DNA from: an uncultured Acidobacteriota bacterium
Lineage (GTDB): Bacteria; Acidobacteriota; Vicinamibacteria; Vicinamibacterales; UBA8438
Direction of reading: 5' to 3'
DNA length: 64,000 nucleotides
Assembly: GCA_913043225.1 (NCBI GenBank)
Contig: CAJWLU010000006.1
Location: forward strand, 96,001-160,000
In this document: one piece after another, positions 28,459 to 37,746 of the stretch
Layout: the number at the start of each line of letters is the position of its first letter
Numbering within the stretch: position 1 is the first letter of the stretch
Made by a program: the position numbers and the translations under genes
The notes under the pieces: generated by a model
What the model was told of the DNA's origin: nothing
Database searches by the model: none
What the model saw: only the letters and a program-made list of their open reading frames with translations

Positions 28459-28914
28459 CTCTTTTCGCATCTCGCGATCGCGTCATTCCACCGGGGAATC
28501 CCGCAGGTAGACAAATGGCAGACACTTGCGCGAAGGTGACACGCCTCACTGAACAGAACCGTCGCCCCTCCGAGAATCTCGCCAGTCGGGTCGAACGGAA
28601 TCGGCCGCGTCCGATCGCTCGTGGTCGTCCTTGTCTCGAGAAGCTCGAAATCTGTGGTGTCGTGTGCCTGATGTTCTAGCTGCGGCTGTTCTCGCAAGGG
28701 GCAAGCAAGAGATCTTCGACCAGGTCGTCAAGCAGTCGGATCACTGAAGCAGTCCGGCTCCTTCTCTGCAAGGAACTCGACCTGCAGCCGGGACGACCGA
28801 GCCTGCCAGAGGAGCGGGCGTCTGTGATTCACTAGATTGCCTACCCCCTTTGCCCGTGCTGGTCTAGCTAGGAGTCTGACGGCGGAAAGGGACCCATGTG
28901 GTAGGGTGCCTCGC

Positions 28915-29493
28915 ATGCGTATTCGCTTGGGTTTGCGGTTAACCTGTCTGATGCTACTGACCACCGCGCCGGTGGTGGCGCAGGACTACGGCGCCAGCGG
29001 CGACGTTCCTTACGCCCCCACGCCTCCCGAAGTGATTGATGCAATGATGGAACTGGGTCGCGTCGACAGCACCGATCTTGTCTATGACCTTGGCTGTGGA
29101 GACGGGCGGATCGTCATCGCGGCCGCCCGGGATCGTGGCGCAAGGGGTGTGGGCTACGATATCAACCCCGAGAGAATCGAAGAAGCGACCGCCAATGCGA
29201 AGGAAGCAGGTGTCCAGGATCGGGTCCGTTTTGTCGAGGGGAATCTGTTCGACGCCGACATCGGCGAGGCCAGCGTGGTCGTGCTGTACCTGCTGACAAG
29301 CGTCAACCTCGAACTGCGCCCGAAGCTATGGCAGGACTTAAAGCCTGGCACGCGCGTGGTCTCGCACCTGTTCGGCATGGGTGACTGGGAGCCGGACAAA
29401 GAGGTGAACATCAGGGGCCGCAGGGTCTTTGTCTGGACGATTCCTGAGGACGCAGCCGAGCGGGCCGAGGCCGAGCTCAGCGCCGCGCAGTAG
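28915..29493 (+). CDS. Class I SAM-dependent methyltransferase with apparent signal peptide
   Basis: DVPYAPTP, VYDLGCGDGRIV, LKPGTRVVSH; N-terminus ending VVA-QD. Confidence 0.88.
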   Translation: MRIRLGLRLTCLMLLTTAPVVAQDYGASGDVPYAPTPPEVIDAMMELGRVDSTDLVYDLGCGDGRIVIAAARDRGARGVGYDINPERIEEATANAKEAGVQDRVRFVEGNLFDADIGEASVVVLYLLTSVNLELRPKLWQDLKPGTRVVSHLFGMGDWEPDKEVNIRGRRVFVWTIPEDAAERAEAELSAAQ

Positions 29494-29879
29494 GACGCCG
29501 GCCCGATTCGGAACTCAAGCGTACGCCTGCCACGTCCCTGCCCCCCCATCGACAGGCCGGATCAGGCCGGGCTCCGCCGCGCAGACACATTCTGGGGGGA
29601 TCGGCGCGCCTGGCGAGGCCTCCGCCTGGATATCTCGGCTGCTCGATCAGCAGGCTGTCTCGATGACAGCGGTTGGAAGCCTCGCTCATGGTATGAGTAG
29701 GCCGATCAAGGCGCCGAGTCCGCCGGTCATCGGGTTAAAGCGGACACACTAGCGCAGCACGCCTACGTGACAAGACCTCGTGAGATCCCAGCGAGTTGTC
29801 TGGTTCTCAGCTAGAATGAGCCCGTCGGCTGGGGGTTGGCTGCACGGGCACGTCTCGCACCCAGTCACGGAGGAGAGCC

Positions 29880-30977
29880 ATGATGCGCGCCCCCATCCTG
29901 ACCGCGTTGTTCCTGTCGTTACTCGTCCCGACTGCGCAGGCGCAGATTCCCGCCGAGACGGTAGGCAGCGAGACAATGGCCCCACCGGCAGACAACTGGT
30001 TCATTTCGAAATCTAGTACAGCTGGTTATATCTATGACGCTGAGACAGGAGAGATGCAGGGCCTGCTCTCCCTGAGCAATCGGACGGCGGCCGTCGAGGT
30101 CTCACGTGAGCGCGGTGAGTTTTATGCCGCAGAAGGGTACTACTCGCGTGGCGTGCACGGAGAGCGCAGCGACATTGTTGCCGTCTATGATTTTGAGAAT
30201 CTGTCTCCAATTGCAGAGATCGAGATTCCACAGAAGATAGAAGGGCAGCCGCTACGCCGGCATGCGGGTCTTACCGGGAACGGACGCTACTTTTTAGTCT
30301 TCAATATGACACCAGCGCAGTCTGTGACTGTGGTCGATGTTGAGAATCGCACCTTTGTCGGGGAGGTCTCGACACCGGGCTGCGCCGTCATCATGCCGGT
30401 CGACGACTTGGCGTTCATGACGATCTGCGGCGACGGCATGTTACAACTGATCCAGCTGGGTGAAGATGGACGCGAAACGAGCCGTGTTCGTGGGGACAGG
30501 TTCTTCGACGTGCAGATTGATCCTGTATTCGATCGACCTGAACCGACAGCGGGCGGTTGGTGGCTCGTGTCGTACGAGGGGAAAGCATTCGACGTGTCGG
30601 TTGACGGGACCGACATCGTGGTCAGTGAAGCATGGGACTTACTGGCCGGGGACGACCAGTGGCGTCCTGGAGGACGCCAGTTTTACGGCGTGCATGCGCC
30701 GAGTGGCTACGCTTACGTTCTGATGCACCAAGGCGGCGAATATACGCACTACCAGCCGGGGACGGAGATCTGGGTGTATGACATCAATGCGCAACGACGT
30801 GTCGAGCGAATCGAACTCGCGGCGCCGGCGAGTAGTCTGTTCGTGACGCAAAGCGACGAGCCGAAACTGATCGTTCCAGACCAGGAGGGTGGCCTGCACG
30901 TGTACGATGCCGTCAAACTCACGGTCGACCGGACGATCGACAATCCTGGTCCACTTGGGTTTATCCAAGGGTTCTAA
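29880..30977 (+). CDS. mauB: TTQ amine dehydrogenase large subunit
   Basis: Signal peptide, YYSRG..GERSD, AEIEIP, FNMTPAQSVTVVD, PGC, CGDG, WRPGGRQ, EIWVYD. Confidence 0.88.
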   Translation: MMRAPILTALFLSLLVPTAQAQIPAETVGSETMAPPADNWFISKSSTAGYIYDAETGEMQGLLSLSNRTAAVEVSRERGEFYAAEGYYSRGVHGERSDIVAVYDFENLSPIAEIEIPQKIEGQPLRRHAGLTGNGRYFLVFNMTPAQSVTVVDVENRTFVGEVSTPGCAVIMPVDDLAFMTICGDGMLQLIQLGEDGRETSRVRGDRFFDVQIDPVFDRPEPTAGGWWLVSYEGKAFDVSVDGTDIVVSEAWDLLAGDDQWRPGGRQFYGVHAPSGYAYVLMHQGGEYTHYQPGTEIWVYDINAQRRVERIELAAPASSLFVTQSDEPKLIVPDQEGGLHVYDAVKLTVDRTIDNPGPLGFIQGF

Positions 30978-31544
30978 GTGGTGGCGGGGCCGTTTCTCCT
31001 GCAGTTTGCATCGCTAGGGTTCGCGCTGCTGTTTCTTCTTGCAGCGGTCCATAAGCTGACGAGGCTTGAAGAGTTCCAGGCGGCGGTGCGCGACTACCGG
31101 ATCATTCCGTCTGGTCTCGTGCCGGTGCTCGCTCGGCTGTTTCCGATCGTGGAAGTGTGCCTCGTTGTTGGTTGGTTGTTTGCATTTCAGATTCAGGTCG
31201 TGGCCTATGCCAGCGCGGGTTTGCTCGCCACGTATGGGCTGGCAATGGGGATTAACCTTGGCCGAGGGCGTGTTCACATTGGATGTGGGTGTGGTTTTGG
31301 CGGGGCGTTGCAGCGGGAGCAACACCTGTCAGTTAGTTTGGTGTTACGGAACTTTGGACTAGCGTGTGCCGCGTTGCTCGCCACGCTGCCGGGGCCGCAA
31401 CGAGAGCTTGGTGTGGGGGAGCACGTGATGGTCGTGTGCGCCGTTGTGGTGGGCGCTCTTCTGTACGCGACCGCCGGTCAGCTATCTCAGAACAGTGTAG
31501 CTATTAAGGCTTGGCGCAAAGGGCTAGAGGCGGTCCGTGACTGA
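30978..31544 (+). CDS. mauE: Methylamine utilisation protein MauE
   Basis: Membrane protein with AAVHKL, INLGRGR.HIGCGCG, LRN. Confidence 0.88.
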   Translation: MVAGPFLLQFASLGFALLFLLAAVHKLTRLEEFQAAVRDYRIIPSGLVPVLARLFPIVEVCLVVGWLFAFQIQVVAYASAGLLATYGLAMGINLGRGRVHIGCGCGFGGALQREQHLSVSLVLRNFGLACAALLATLPGPQRELGVGEHVMVVCAVVVGALLYATAGQLSQNSVAIKAWRKGLEAVRD

Positions 31545-32184
31545 TCCGCTGCTGATCTCCAACCTCGTGCTCTGGATACTGGTAATGGCACTTGCTGTGG
31601 TGGTGCTTGCGTTGGCCAGACAGGTTGGTATCTTGCATGAGCGGGTAGCGCCTGCTGGGGCGCTGCAGCCGACCGAGGGTCCGAAAGTAGGGGAAGCCAC
31701 AGAAGTGATGGCGTTGCAGGACCTTAGTGGCAATCCAGTAACGGTCGGTGGTCCTGATGTGAACGGACTCGCGACGTTGGTCCTGTTTATATCGCCGACG
31801 TGCCCCGTATGTCGTTCCATTGTGCCAACGGCGATGTCGTTAGCAAACAGTGAACGACGCCGGATGCGGCTGGTCTTTGCAAGTGATGGCGACAAGCCGG
31901 AGCAGCACGTGGCCTATGCGGCAGATTTAGACCTTGGCGGTTATCCCTACACCCTGTCACAGACGTTGGGGATGAGTTACCACGTCAGCAAACTTCCATT
32001 TGCCGTGCTCATCGGTGCCGACGGCACGTTGAAGAGCAAGGGATTGGTCAATAGCCGAGAACATCTTGAAAGCTTGATCGAAGCGATGGACATGCAGATT
32101 GCCACGGTGCAAGAGTACGTACGCATGGCCACGGTCGATAGCGACGAGGAACGTAGCGCCTCGGCGAAGGAGCAGGCCTCATGA
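31537..32184 (+). CDS. mauD: Methylamine dehydrogenase accessory protein MauD
   Basis: LARQVGILHERVAPAGAL, SPTCPVC, KLPFAVL, KGLVNSREHLESL. Confidence 0.93.
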   Translation: MTDPLLISNLVLWILVMALAVVVLALARQVGILHERVAPAGALQPTEGPKVGEATEVMALQDLSGNPVTVGGPDVNGLATLVLFISPTCPVCRSIVPTAMSLANSERRRMRLVFASDGDKPEQHVAYAADLDLGGYPYTLSQTLGMSYHVSKLPFAVLIGADGTLKSKGLVNSREHLESLIEAMDMQIATVQEYVRMATVDSDEERSASAKEQAS

Positions 32185-32723
32185 GCAGACCCCAGGTCAT
32201 CCCCAACGGGTACTACTGGCTCGACCAAACCGCTCGCGCGAGTTTTCGCTTGCTGGCACGCCGTATCTCACGGCGCAGCTTCCTGGGACGACTCGGGGCG
32301 ATGTTGGTCGGCGCGGCAGCGCTCCCATTGCTTCCGGTCGCTCGAGCGTTTGCCCAGGAAACTCCCACTGAAGTGGGGGATTCGAAGACGTGTGAGTACT
32401 GGCGCTACTGCGCGCTTGGGGGCACCCTGTGTGCTTGCTGCGGCGGCACGCATAAGACGTGTCCGCCGGGTGCGGAAGCCTCGCCGATTACGTGGGTTGG
32501 AACCTGTCGCAACGGGGCTGACGAACGGGACTACCTGATCTCTTATAACGATTGTTGTGGCAAGGCAGTATGCGCGCGCTGCGGTTGCAACCGCACGGAA
32601 CGAGACAAACCTGTGTACTTCCCGAGCAACAGCAACAACGTTCTCTGGTGTTTCGGCACAGAGGCCCGCACGTATCACTGCACCGTTGCTGTGGTGCTTG
32701 GAGAGGCACCTGAGGCTAACTGA
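32181..32723 (+). CDS. mauA: TTQ amine dehydrogenase small subunit (AADH-like Cys pattern)
   Basis: Tat SRRSFL; CEYWRYC, CPPG, TWVGTC, YNDCCG, LWCFG, YHCT; both TTQ Trp residues present. Confidence 0.93.
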   Translation: MSRPQVIPNGYYWLDQTARASFRLLARRISRRSFLGRLGAMLVGAAALPLLPVARAFAQETPTEVGDSKTCEYWRYCALGGTLCACCGGTHKTCPPGAEASPITWVGTCRNGADERDYLISYNDCCGKAVCARCGCNRTERDKPVYFPSNSNNVLWCFGTEARTYHCTVAVVLGEAPEAN

Positions 32724-33133
32724 TGGCGCTGGCACTCGCGCTGGCAGTGTTATTGCTCTCTGGTGTTGTTGATGCAGCAGATGACGCGCAAGCGAGATAT
32801 CTGTTGCACTGCCGTGGCTGCCATCTCGCGAATGGGACGGGCGTACCACCAGATGTGCCAACGTTGGTTGATGAGATCGGTCGCCTTGTGGCCACGCCGG
32901 TTGGACGAGAGTATGTCGTGCGCGTGCCGGGAGTGTCCCAGGCCGCACTGGACGACGAAGGTCTTGCCAGTCTCTTGAATTGGATACTCGAGACGTTTAA
33001 TGCCGACACGTTGCCGGCGAACTTTCGACCCTATTCTGCCGGTGAGATTACTGAGGCAAGAAAGAAAGTATTGGCAGACCCACTGACGTATCGCCGTGCG
33101 TTGCGGCTGGATGGAACGAGAGCACCGAATTAA
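32723..33133 (+). CDS. Monohaem cytochrome c
   Basis: Signal peptide, YLLHCRGCH, GREYVVRVPGV. Confidence 0.85.
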   Translation: MALALALAVLLLSGVVDAADDAQARYLLHCRGCHLANGTGVPPDVPTLVDEIGRLVATPVGREYVVRVPGVSQAALDDEGLASLLNWILETFNADTLPANFRPYSAGEITEARKKVLADPLTYRRALRLDGTRAPN

Positions 33134-34317
33134 CGTTCCGAGAAGGCCTCATACCGTTGGTCGGTGAGAGTCTCAAGGAACGCGACTAACGCCCGTGCTT
33201 GCCTGGCACTGATGGGTTGACCGGTGCGTAAGAGGTCGTAGTCGATGGTGTCGGGGACTTCCGGGGGTCTCCAGGGCATGGCAGTTTCGGGATTGATCTG
33301 ACTGTTCGGATTGCCCATGGTGTACCTGTTGTAATAAAGGACGACTGTGAGCAGGTCGTCGAAGACACCGTTGTGCATATAGGGGCCGGTCACAGCGACA
33401 TTACGTAAACTGGGCACGCGGAATTGACCTGCGACGGCCGGGTCGTCAACGGACGGATTCTGCAACAATCCGGTGTCGGTATGCCTTGACGGCAGACCGT
33501 TGCGTGCTCGCACCACGGTGTTCGTTGGGATGCCGATGTTGTGGTAGCGGTAGTTAGTGAAGGTTTCTCCGGCCGTGAATTCCTTGGTCTCTAGCAAGTG
33601 GCAGCGGTGGCAATTGGTGAGCTGCGAGAAGAAGAACACCCGCCCAAGCTCCTCTTCTTTCGTTAGGGCATACTCGCCTTTGAGATACCGGTCGTATTTC
33701 GAATCGAACGGGCGAAAACGCGCTGTCTGCTCAAATGCTGCGATGCTTTCACTCATGGCCTGAAAGGCACCTTCCACAGTGTCAAACACCTGATCGCCGT
33801 AAATCTCTTCAAGTAACAAGACATGCGACGGAGTTTCCTGCACGCGTGCCACAGCGGTGCCAATGTCTGGCAACGCCATTTCGAGAGGATTGGTGAAGGG
33901 TTCGGCTATTTGGTCGATGAGGGTCGCCGCACGACCGTCTCGAAAGAAGCCCCCGACGTAATTACCGTCCTCGCTGCGCTGGAACCTCGGAATAAGCGAG
34001 GCATACGTGAGTGAGGGTGCATTACGGTCGCCGAGGGAGAGGCCGTCGTCGCCGAGGGAGACGGCGCCGCCTAGATCACCGTCGCGGCCGTCTGAGAATG
34101 CCACAGTCGGATCGTGGCAGGTGGAGCAGGATTGGTTGCGATTAAGAGAGAGATTGGTATCTACGAAAAGCGCTGCCCCCAGTGCTTCGCGTTCGTCGGC
34201 TGCGGATGCGACATGGCAGGAAAAGAACAGGCTAGCACCCACAAGGAGGCAAGGCGCTCCCTTCCGCAGGTGCTGTCTGGTTGAGTACGCAAGCGGAATA
34301 ACGCGAGTGCTCCACAT
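33130..34317 (-). CDS. mauG: MauG-type dihaem enzyme (TTQ maturase); start uncertain
   Basis: CSTCH, RNAPSL, NPLEM, PFDSKYDRYL, CHRCH, YHNIG, GPYMHNGVF, INPET..W..PEV, LTDQRYE. Confidence 0.88.
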   Translation of the reverse strand: MWSTRVIPLAYSTRQHLRKGAPCLLVGASLFFSCHVASAADEREALGAALFVDTNLSLNRNQSCSTCHDPTVAFSDGRDGDLGGAVSLGDDGLSLGDRNAPSLTYASLIPRFQRSEDGNYVGGFFRDGRAATLIDQIAEPFTNPLEMALPDIGTAVARVQETPSHVLLLEEIYGDQVFDTVEGAFQAMSESIAAFEQTARFRPFDSKYDRYLKGEYALTKEEELGRVFFFSQLTNCHRCHLLETKEFTAGETFTNYRYHNIGIPTNTVVRARNGLPSRHTDTGLLQNPSVDDPAVAGQFRVPSLRNVAVTGPYMHNGVFDDLLTVVLYYNRYTMGNPNSQINPETAMPWRPPEVPDTIDYDLLRTGQPISARQARALVAFLETLTDQRYEAFSER

Positions 34318-34321
34318 GATG

Positions 34322-34397
34322 TGGCGTCCCCAACGGGATTCGAACCCGTGTCTCAGCCTTGAAAGGGCTGGATCCTAGGCCTCTGGACGATGGGGAC
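34322..34397 (-). tRNA. tRNA-Glu(TTC)
   Basis: GTCCCCATCGTCCAGAGGCCTAGGATCCAGCCCTTTCAAGGCTGAGACACGGGTTCGAATCCCGTTGGGGACGCCA folds as a cloverleaf. Confidence 0.97.
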
Positions 34398-34481
34398 GCT
34401 TCGGCGAGCGCAGCACATGATTCGGATAGAACAGGTGCGAATCAGTGTGTTCAGCCGCTCAGTATAGGCGAAGGCATCCTG

Positions 34482-34925
34482 ATGCGTCGACCCTTCCTTA
34501 CTGGTCTGGTTTGTGGGTTGCTTGTGACGGCCGCGGAACCCTCGGCCCGGCAGGATGGTACGGTGACCCTGCAGATTCACGTTACCGACATCACCCACAC
34601 GAATGGCTCGGCAGGTATCGCGCTGTGGGCTGGGGAGAAGGGCTTCCCCGAGGGGATAGAGCGCGCCCTTCGCACGATCTATGTGCCAGTCGTGGATGGG
34701 CAGGCGCGTGCGACGTTTGAGGACCTGGAGCCGGGAGATTACGCGGTCACGGTGTTCAACGATAAGGATCAGGACGAAGAGTTCGATAGGAACTGGCTCG
34801 GGGTGCCGCGAGAGTCGTGGGGAGTCTCGAACAACGTCCGCCCTCGATTGAGGGCGCCTCGATACGACGAAGCGGTGTTCAGCGCTTCCGGCGGTTGCCA
34901 GGTTGTCGCGATCGCGATTGAGTGA
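34482..34925 (+). CDS. DUF2141 family protein
   Basis: LEPGDYAVTVFNDKD.D.EFDRNWLGVPRESWGVSNN..P.YDEA. Confidence 0.85.
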   Translation: MRRPFLTGLVCGLLVTAAEPSARQDGTVTLQIHVTDITHTNGSAGIALWAGEKGFPEGIERALRTIYVPVVDGQARATFEDLEPGDYAVTVFNDKDQDEEFDRNWLGVPRESWGVSNNVRPRLRAPRYDEAVFSASGGCQVVAIAIE

Positions 34926-36388
34926 CGGAGGAACGATTGCGGGTTCGGGTACGAGGGCTCTCGGTACTGTTTCCAGTGGGCCGCCTGATGTCCACAGTCA
35001 CCCTGTCCCGTACGCAGTTCGCGGTTTCTGTGGCGTGCTTTGTCTGGCTCGTATGGCTCAGAACAGACAACATTACACAGAGCTTCTGGCTATTTGGCGA
35101 CCAGATCCTTTTCTGGAGCACCGCCCTGCTGCCGTTGCATGAACAGCCATTAGCTGGGCCAGAGCAGCATGTCGGAGGCTACGCGCTTGGGCCTGGATAC
35201 AACTGGTTCGTGTGGCTTAGTCGGGTGACGTTCGGGCCGTTCTACGAGAACCTCCCGCATGCGGGAGCGATCTTTCAGGTTCTTGTGCATTCGGCGGTCG
35301 ACGCCTTCCTCCTCTGGGCACTCTGGCGTAAGACGGGGTCGCCGTGGCTGGCGAGCGTCACATTATTGCTGGTGACGACGGCACCGTACGATCTCGCGCT
35401 GTCAGCGACGCTATGGAATCCGAGCCTGGCCTCTGCGGCGATCAAGGGAGCCACGGCGCTTGTGCTTCTGGGCTGGTCTGAGGGTGGACTAATCCGGGTT
35501 GGAATCGTGGCGGGGATTGCGTGGGTGTCATTGCATTTTCATGTGCCAGCGGTGTTCTGTGTAGCTGGAGTGTTTATCGCCCTGGTGGCCACCCCGTTGG
35601 TGTGCCGCGACTACCGAGCACTGGCGCGGCGTATTGGCGCGATTGGGGCCACTGTGGCCCTGCTCCAGGTTCCGTACTTCGTACACCGCCTGACAGCACA
35701 TCCTGACACGGAGGCCGGGGGCGCCGCAGTTGCTGGGAGCTTGGCGCAAGTGCTGGGTGGTGCGGCTTCGATTCGCTTCGTCGAGAGTGCGCGAGGATTC
35801 GGTCGCGCGGTCGATCGGATCCAACTCGACCCGTGGAACGTTGGCTGGATCGGTTGGATTGTGCTCGTGGCGGCGGTAGCCATGGTGATTCGCCATCGTG
35901 ATGACCCTCCGCTGCTTGGAGTGACGGTGGGGCCGATCATTGCTTCGATTGTGGGTTACGCGTTTTGGGTTGGTACGTTTGATGAGTACTACTACCTGCC
36001 GCAAATGACCGCCGTGGTCCTCACCGTCTTGATCGGGCTGAGCGGACTGGCCGGACCGAGTGTGGGTCGATGTCTTGGGGTTGGGATGCTGGTGTTGGCC
36101 TTGGGAATCTTGCCAGCTCGAGTGCAGCAATCACGAACCATTCACCGGATGCCAGAGTATGCGGCGTTGGTGGAAGGGTCTCGGCAGATCGTGCGGCGTG
36201 GGGCGCCGGTGAGGGCGATCCGTGCTGACTTTCTCCCGCTGGGCGCAAACCCCGAGTACCTCTTTCAGGTTTTGGGTGGTCGACTAGAGCGGAATGGTGA
36301 GTGGGTGGCCAGCATCGCTGACGACGGGGTGGTCTCTTACGAGCGTGTATTGGATGGTCGCGCTGGGGGCGAGCCGACGACACGCTGA
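34922..36388 (+). CDS. Polytopic membrane protein, GT-C/ArnT-like glycosyltransferase candidate (start may be 34988)
   Basis: DQ..PLAGP..LGP.Y, WNPS, HFH, many TM helices, YYYL. Confidence 0.6.
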   Translation: MTEERLRVRVRGLSVLFPVGRLMSTVTLSRTQFAVSVACFVWLVWLRTDNITQSFWLFGDQILFWSTALLPLHEQPLAGPEQHVGGYALGPGYNWFVWLSRVTFGPFYENLPHAGAIFQVLVHSAVDAFLLWALWRKTGSPWLASVTLLLVTTAPYDLALSATLWNPSLASAAIKGATALVLLGWSEGGLIRVGIVAGIAWVSLHFHVPAVFCVAGVFIALVATPLVCRDYRALARRIGAIGATVALLQVPYFVHRLTAHPDTEAGGAAVAGSLAQVLGGAASIRFVESARGFGRAVDRIQLDPWNVGWIGWIVLVAAVAMVIRHRDDPPLLGVTVGPIIASIVGYAFWVGTFDEYYYLPQMTAVVLTVLIGLSGLAGPSVGRCLGVGMLVLALGILPARVQQSRTIHRMPEYAALVEGSRQIVRRGAPVRAIRADFLPLGANPEYLFQVLGGRLERNGEWVASIADDGVVSYERVLDGRAGGEPTTR

Positions 36389-36608
36389 GAAGCAGTGGTG
36401 GGCAGTCTGGGTGAATGTTCTGGCGCTGTTAGACCGCTAAGCTGATCGAATGCTTCAGTCGTATCCGTTCGGGCAGAACAGCCACGAGAGCAGTAAGACA
36501 CGTCTCGCCCCAACGCTCTCTGTCTTTGGATACCTAGATCTTGGTAGAGCTCGCGCTCTGGCGGCGTGACCTAGCACAGCCTGCCCTATTTCACTGAGTT
36601 AAATTGGC

Positions 36609-37568
36609 ATGCCGGAGAACTTTTGTCGTCCCTTTAACTGTGCGTTATTGAGCAGCGCCGCGTTCTTGCTCGCATACCTGCTTTTTTCCTCGACGGGAGC
36701 CATTGCCTCACTTGAGCCGGGGCTTATGGTGGGCGGCGCCTCACGTTGGTGTGAAACTGTCTCGGACGGCATGTTTCGGGAGCCCTCAAATGCCTTAAGC
36801 AACATCGGTTTCATGATCTCCGGCCTCGTCATGTTCAGGGTGCTGTCATCGGAGACCACCAGGAAACGGCAGGCATTCTACGGAATTAGGAAGACCACCG
36901 CACTGTATGCGGCGGCGGTCGTGTGTCTGGGGCCAGGTTCCATGTTGATGCATGGTACGCACACTGACTGGGGGAGGTGGGCTGACAACCTAAGCATGGT
37001 CGCCTTTATCGTCTTTCCCTGGTTGTACAACCTGCGCTGCATGGCCGGGTGGAGCGAGAATAGATTTCTGGGCATCTATGCGATTGTCGTCCTGAGCTAT
37101 GCCGGAACGCGCTGGTTTTTTGGCGATGATTTAGGTATCGGCTTAGACCTCTTCGGGCTCTCCATCGGACTCTGGGTCATTTCAGAGTGCTTGCACCGCT
37201 TCTGGTCCCAGGCATTCAGACTGACGTCTGGCCTCGTCGGGTTTGTCGTAGCGGCCGCTTTCGGATTCTCCCCCCTGAAGATCGCCCAGGATCCGATATC
37301 GTTCTGGTGGGTGGTGTTGTTCTGGGTCCCGGCGGTGTTCGCCAAGGACGCGCCGGTTACGACGAGAATCTACACGCCTTGGTTCTTTCTGGGAGTCTCT
37401 ACCTATGTTGTAGCCTTCTTGATATGGCTTAATCAGTGGTCAGTCTTTCTTTGTCGCCCTGATTCGTGGTTTCAGCCTCATGCTGTGTGGCACGTACTCG
37501 CAGCCGTATCCACATGGTTCTTTTTTCTCTTTTTTAGGACGGAGACAGGCGCTCGTGAAATGCCGTGA
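36609..37568 (+). CDS. Ceramidase-like (CREST superfamily) membrane hydrolase
   Basis: WCE..REPSNALSN, GSMLMHG, WAD, HAVWH. Confidence 0.8.
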   Translation: MPENFCRPFNCALLSSAAFLLAYLLFSSTGAIASLEPGLMVGGASRWCETVSDGMFREPSNALSNIGFMISGLVMFRVLSSETTRKRQAFYGIRKTTALYAAAVVCLGPGSMLMHGTHTDWGRWADNLSMVAFIVFPWLYNLRCMAGWSENRFLGIYAIVVLSYAGTRWFFGDDLGIGLDLFGLSIGLWVISECLHRFWSQAFRLTSGLVGFVVAAAFGFSPLKIAQDPISFWWVVLFWVPAVFAKDAPVTTRIYTPWFFLGVSTYVVAFLIWLNQWSVFLCRPDSWFQPHAVWHVLAAVSTWFFFLFFRTETGAREMP

Positions 37569-37584
37569 GAGCGACGAACCGCGG

Positions 37585-37611
37585 GCCCGCGAGTGGGACG
37601 CGGTACATCCG
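37585..37611 (+). repeat. Sel1-protein tail remnant 1 (AREWDAVHP)
   Basis: GCCCGCGAGTGGGACGC is identical to 39325-39341. Confidence 0.65.
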
Positions 37612-37746
37612 ATGCCTCAGCATTCCTGGGCGTGAACGACCGCAGTGAATCCTTGCCTTTCAGGTGCGTTAACAGCGCATTGAAGCAGCTCTTGAACAGC
37701 AGTAGGATCGACACCTTAATTGCATTCTCTGAACCGAGGTGGCTCG

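Larger units (their letters stand above)
28352..34343. mobile_element. tRNA-Glu-anchored genomic islet (no intact integrase)
   Basis: Bounded by 22-bp direct repeats; the mau genes look more AT-rich than the flanks (by eye). Confidence 0.7.
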
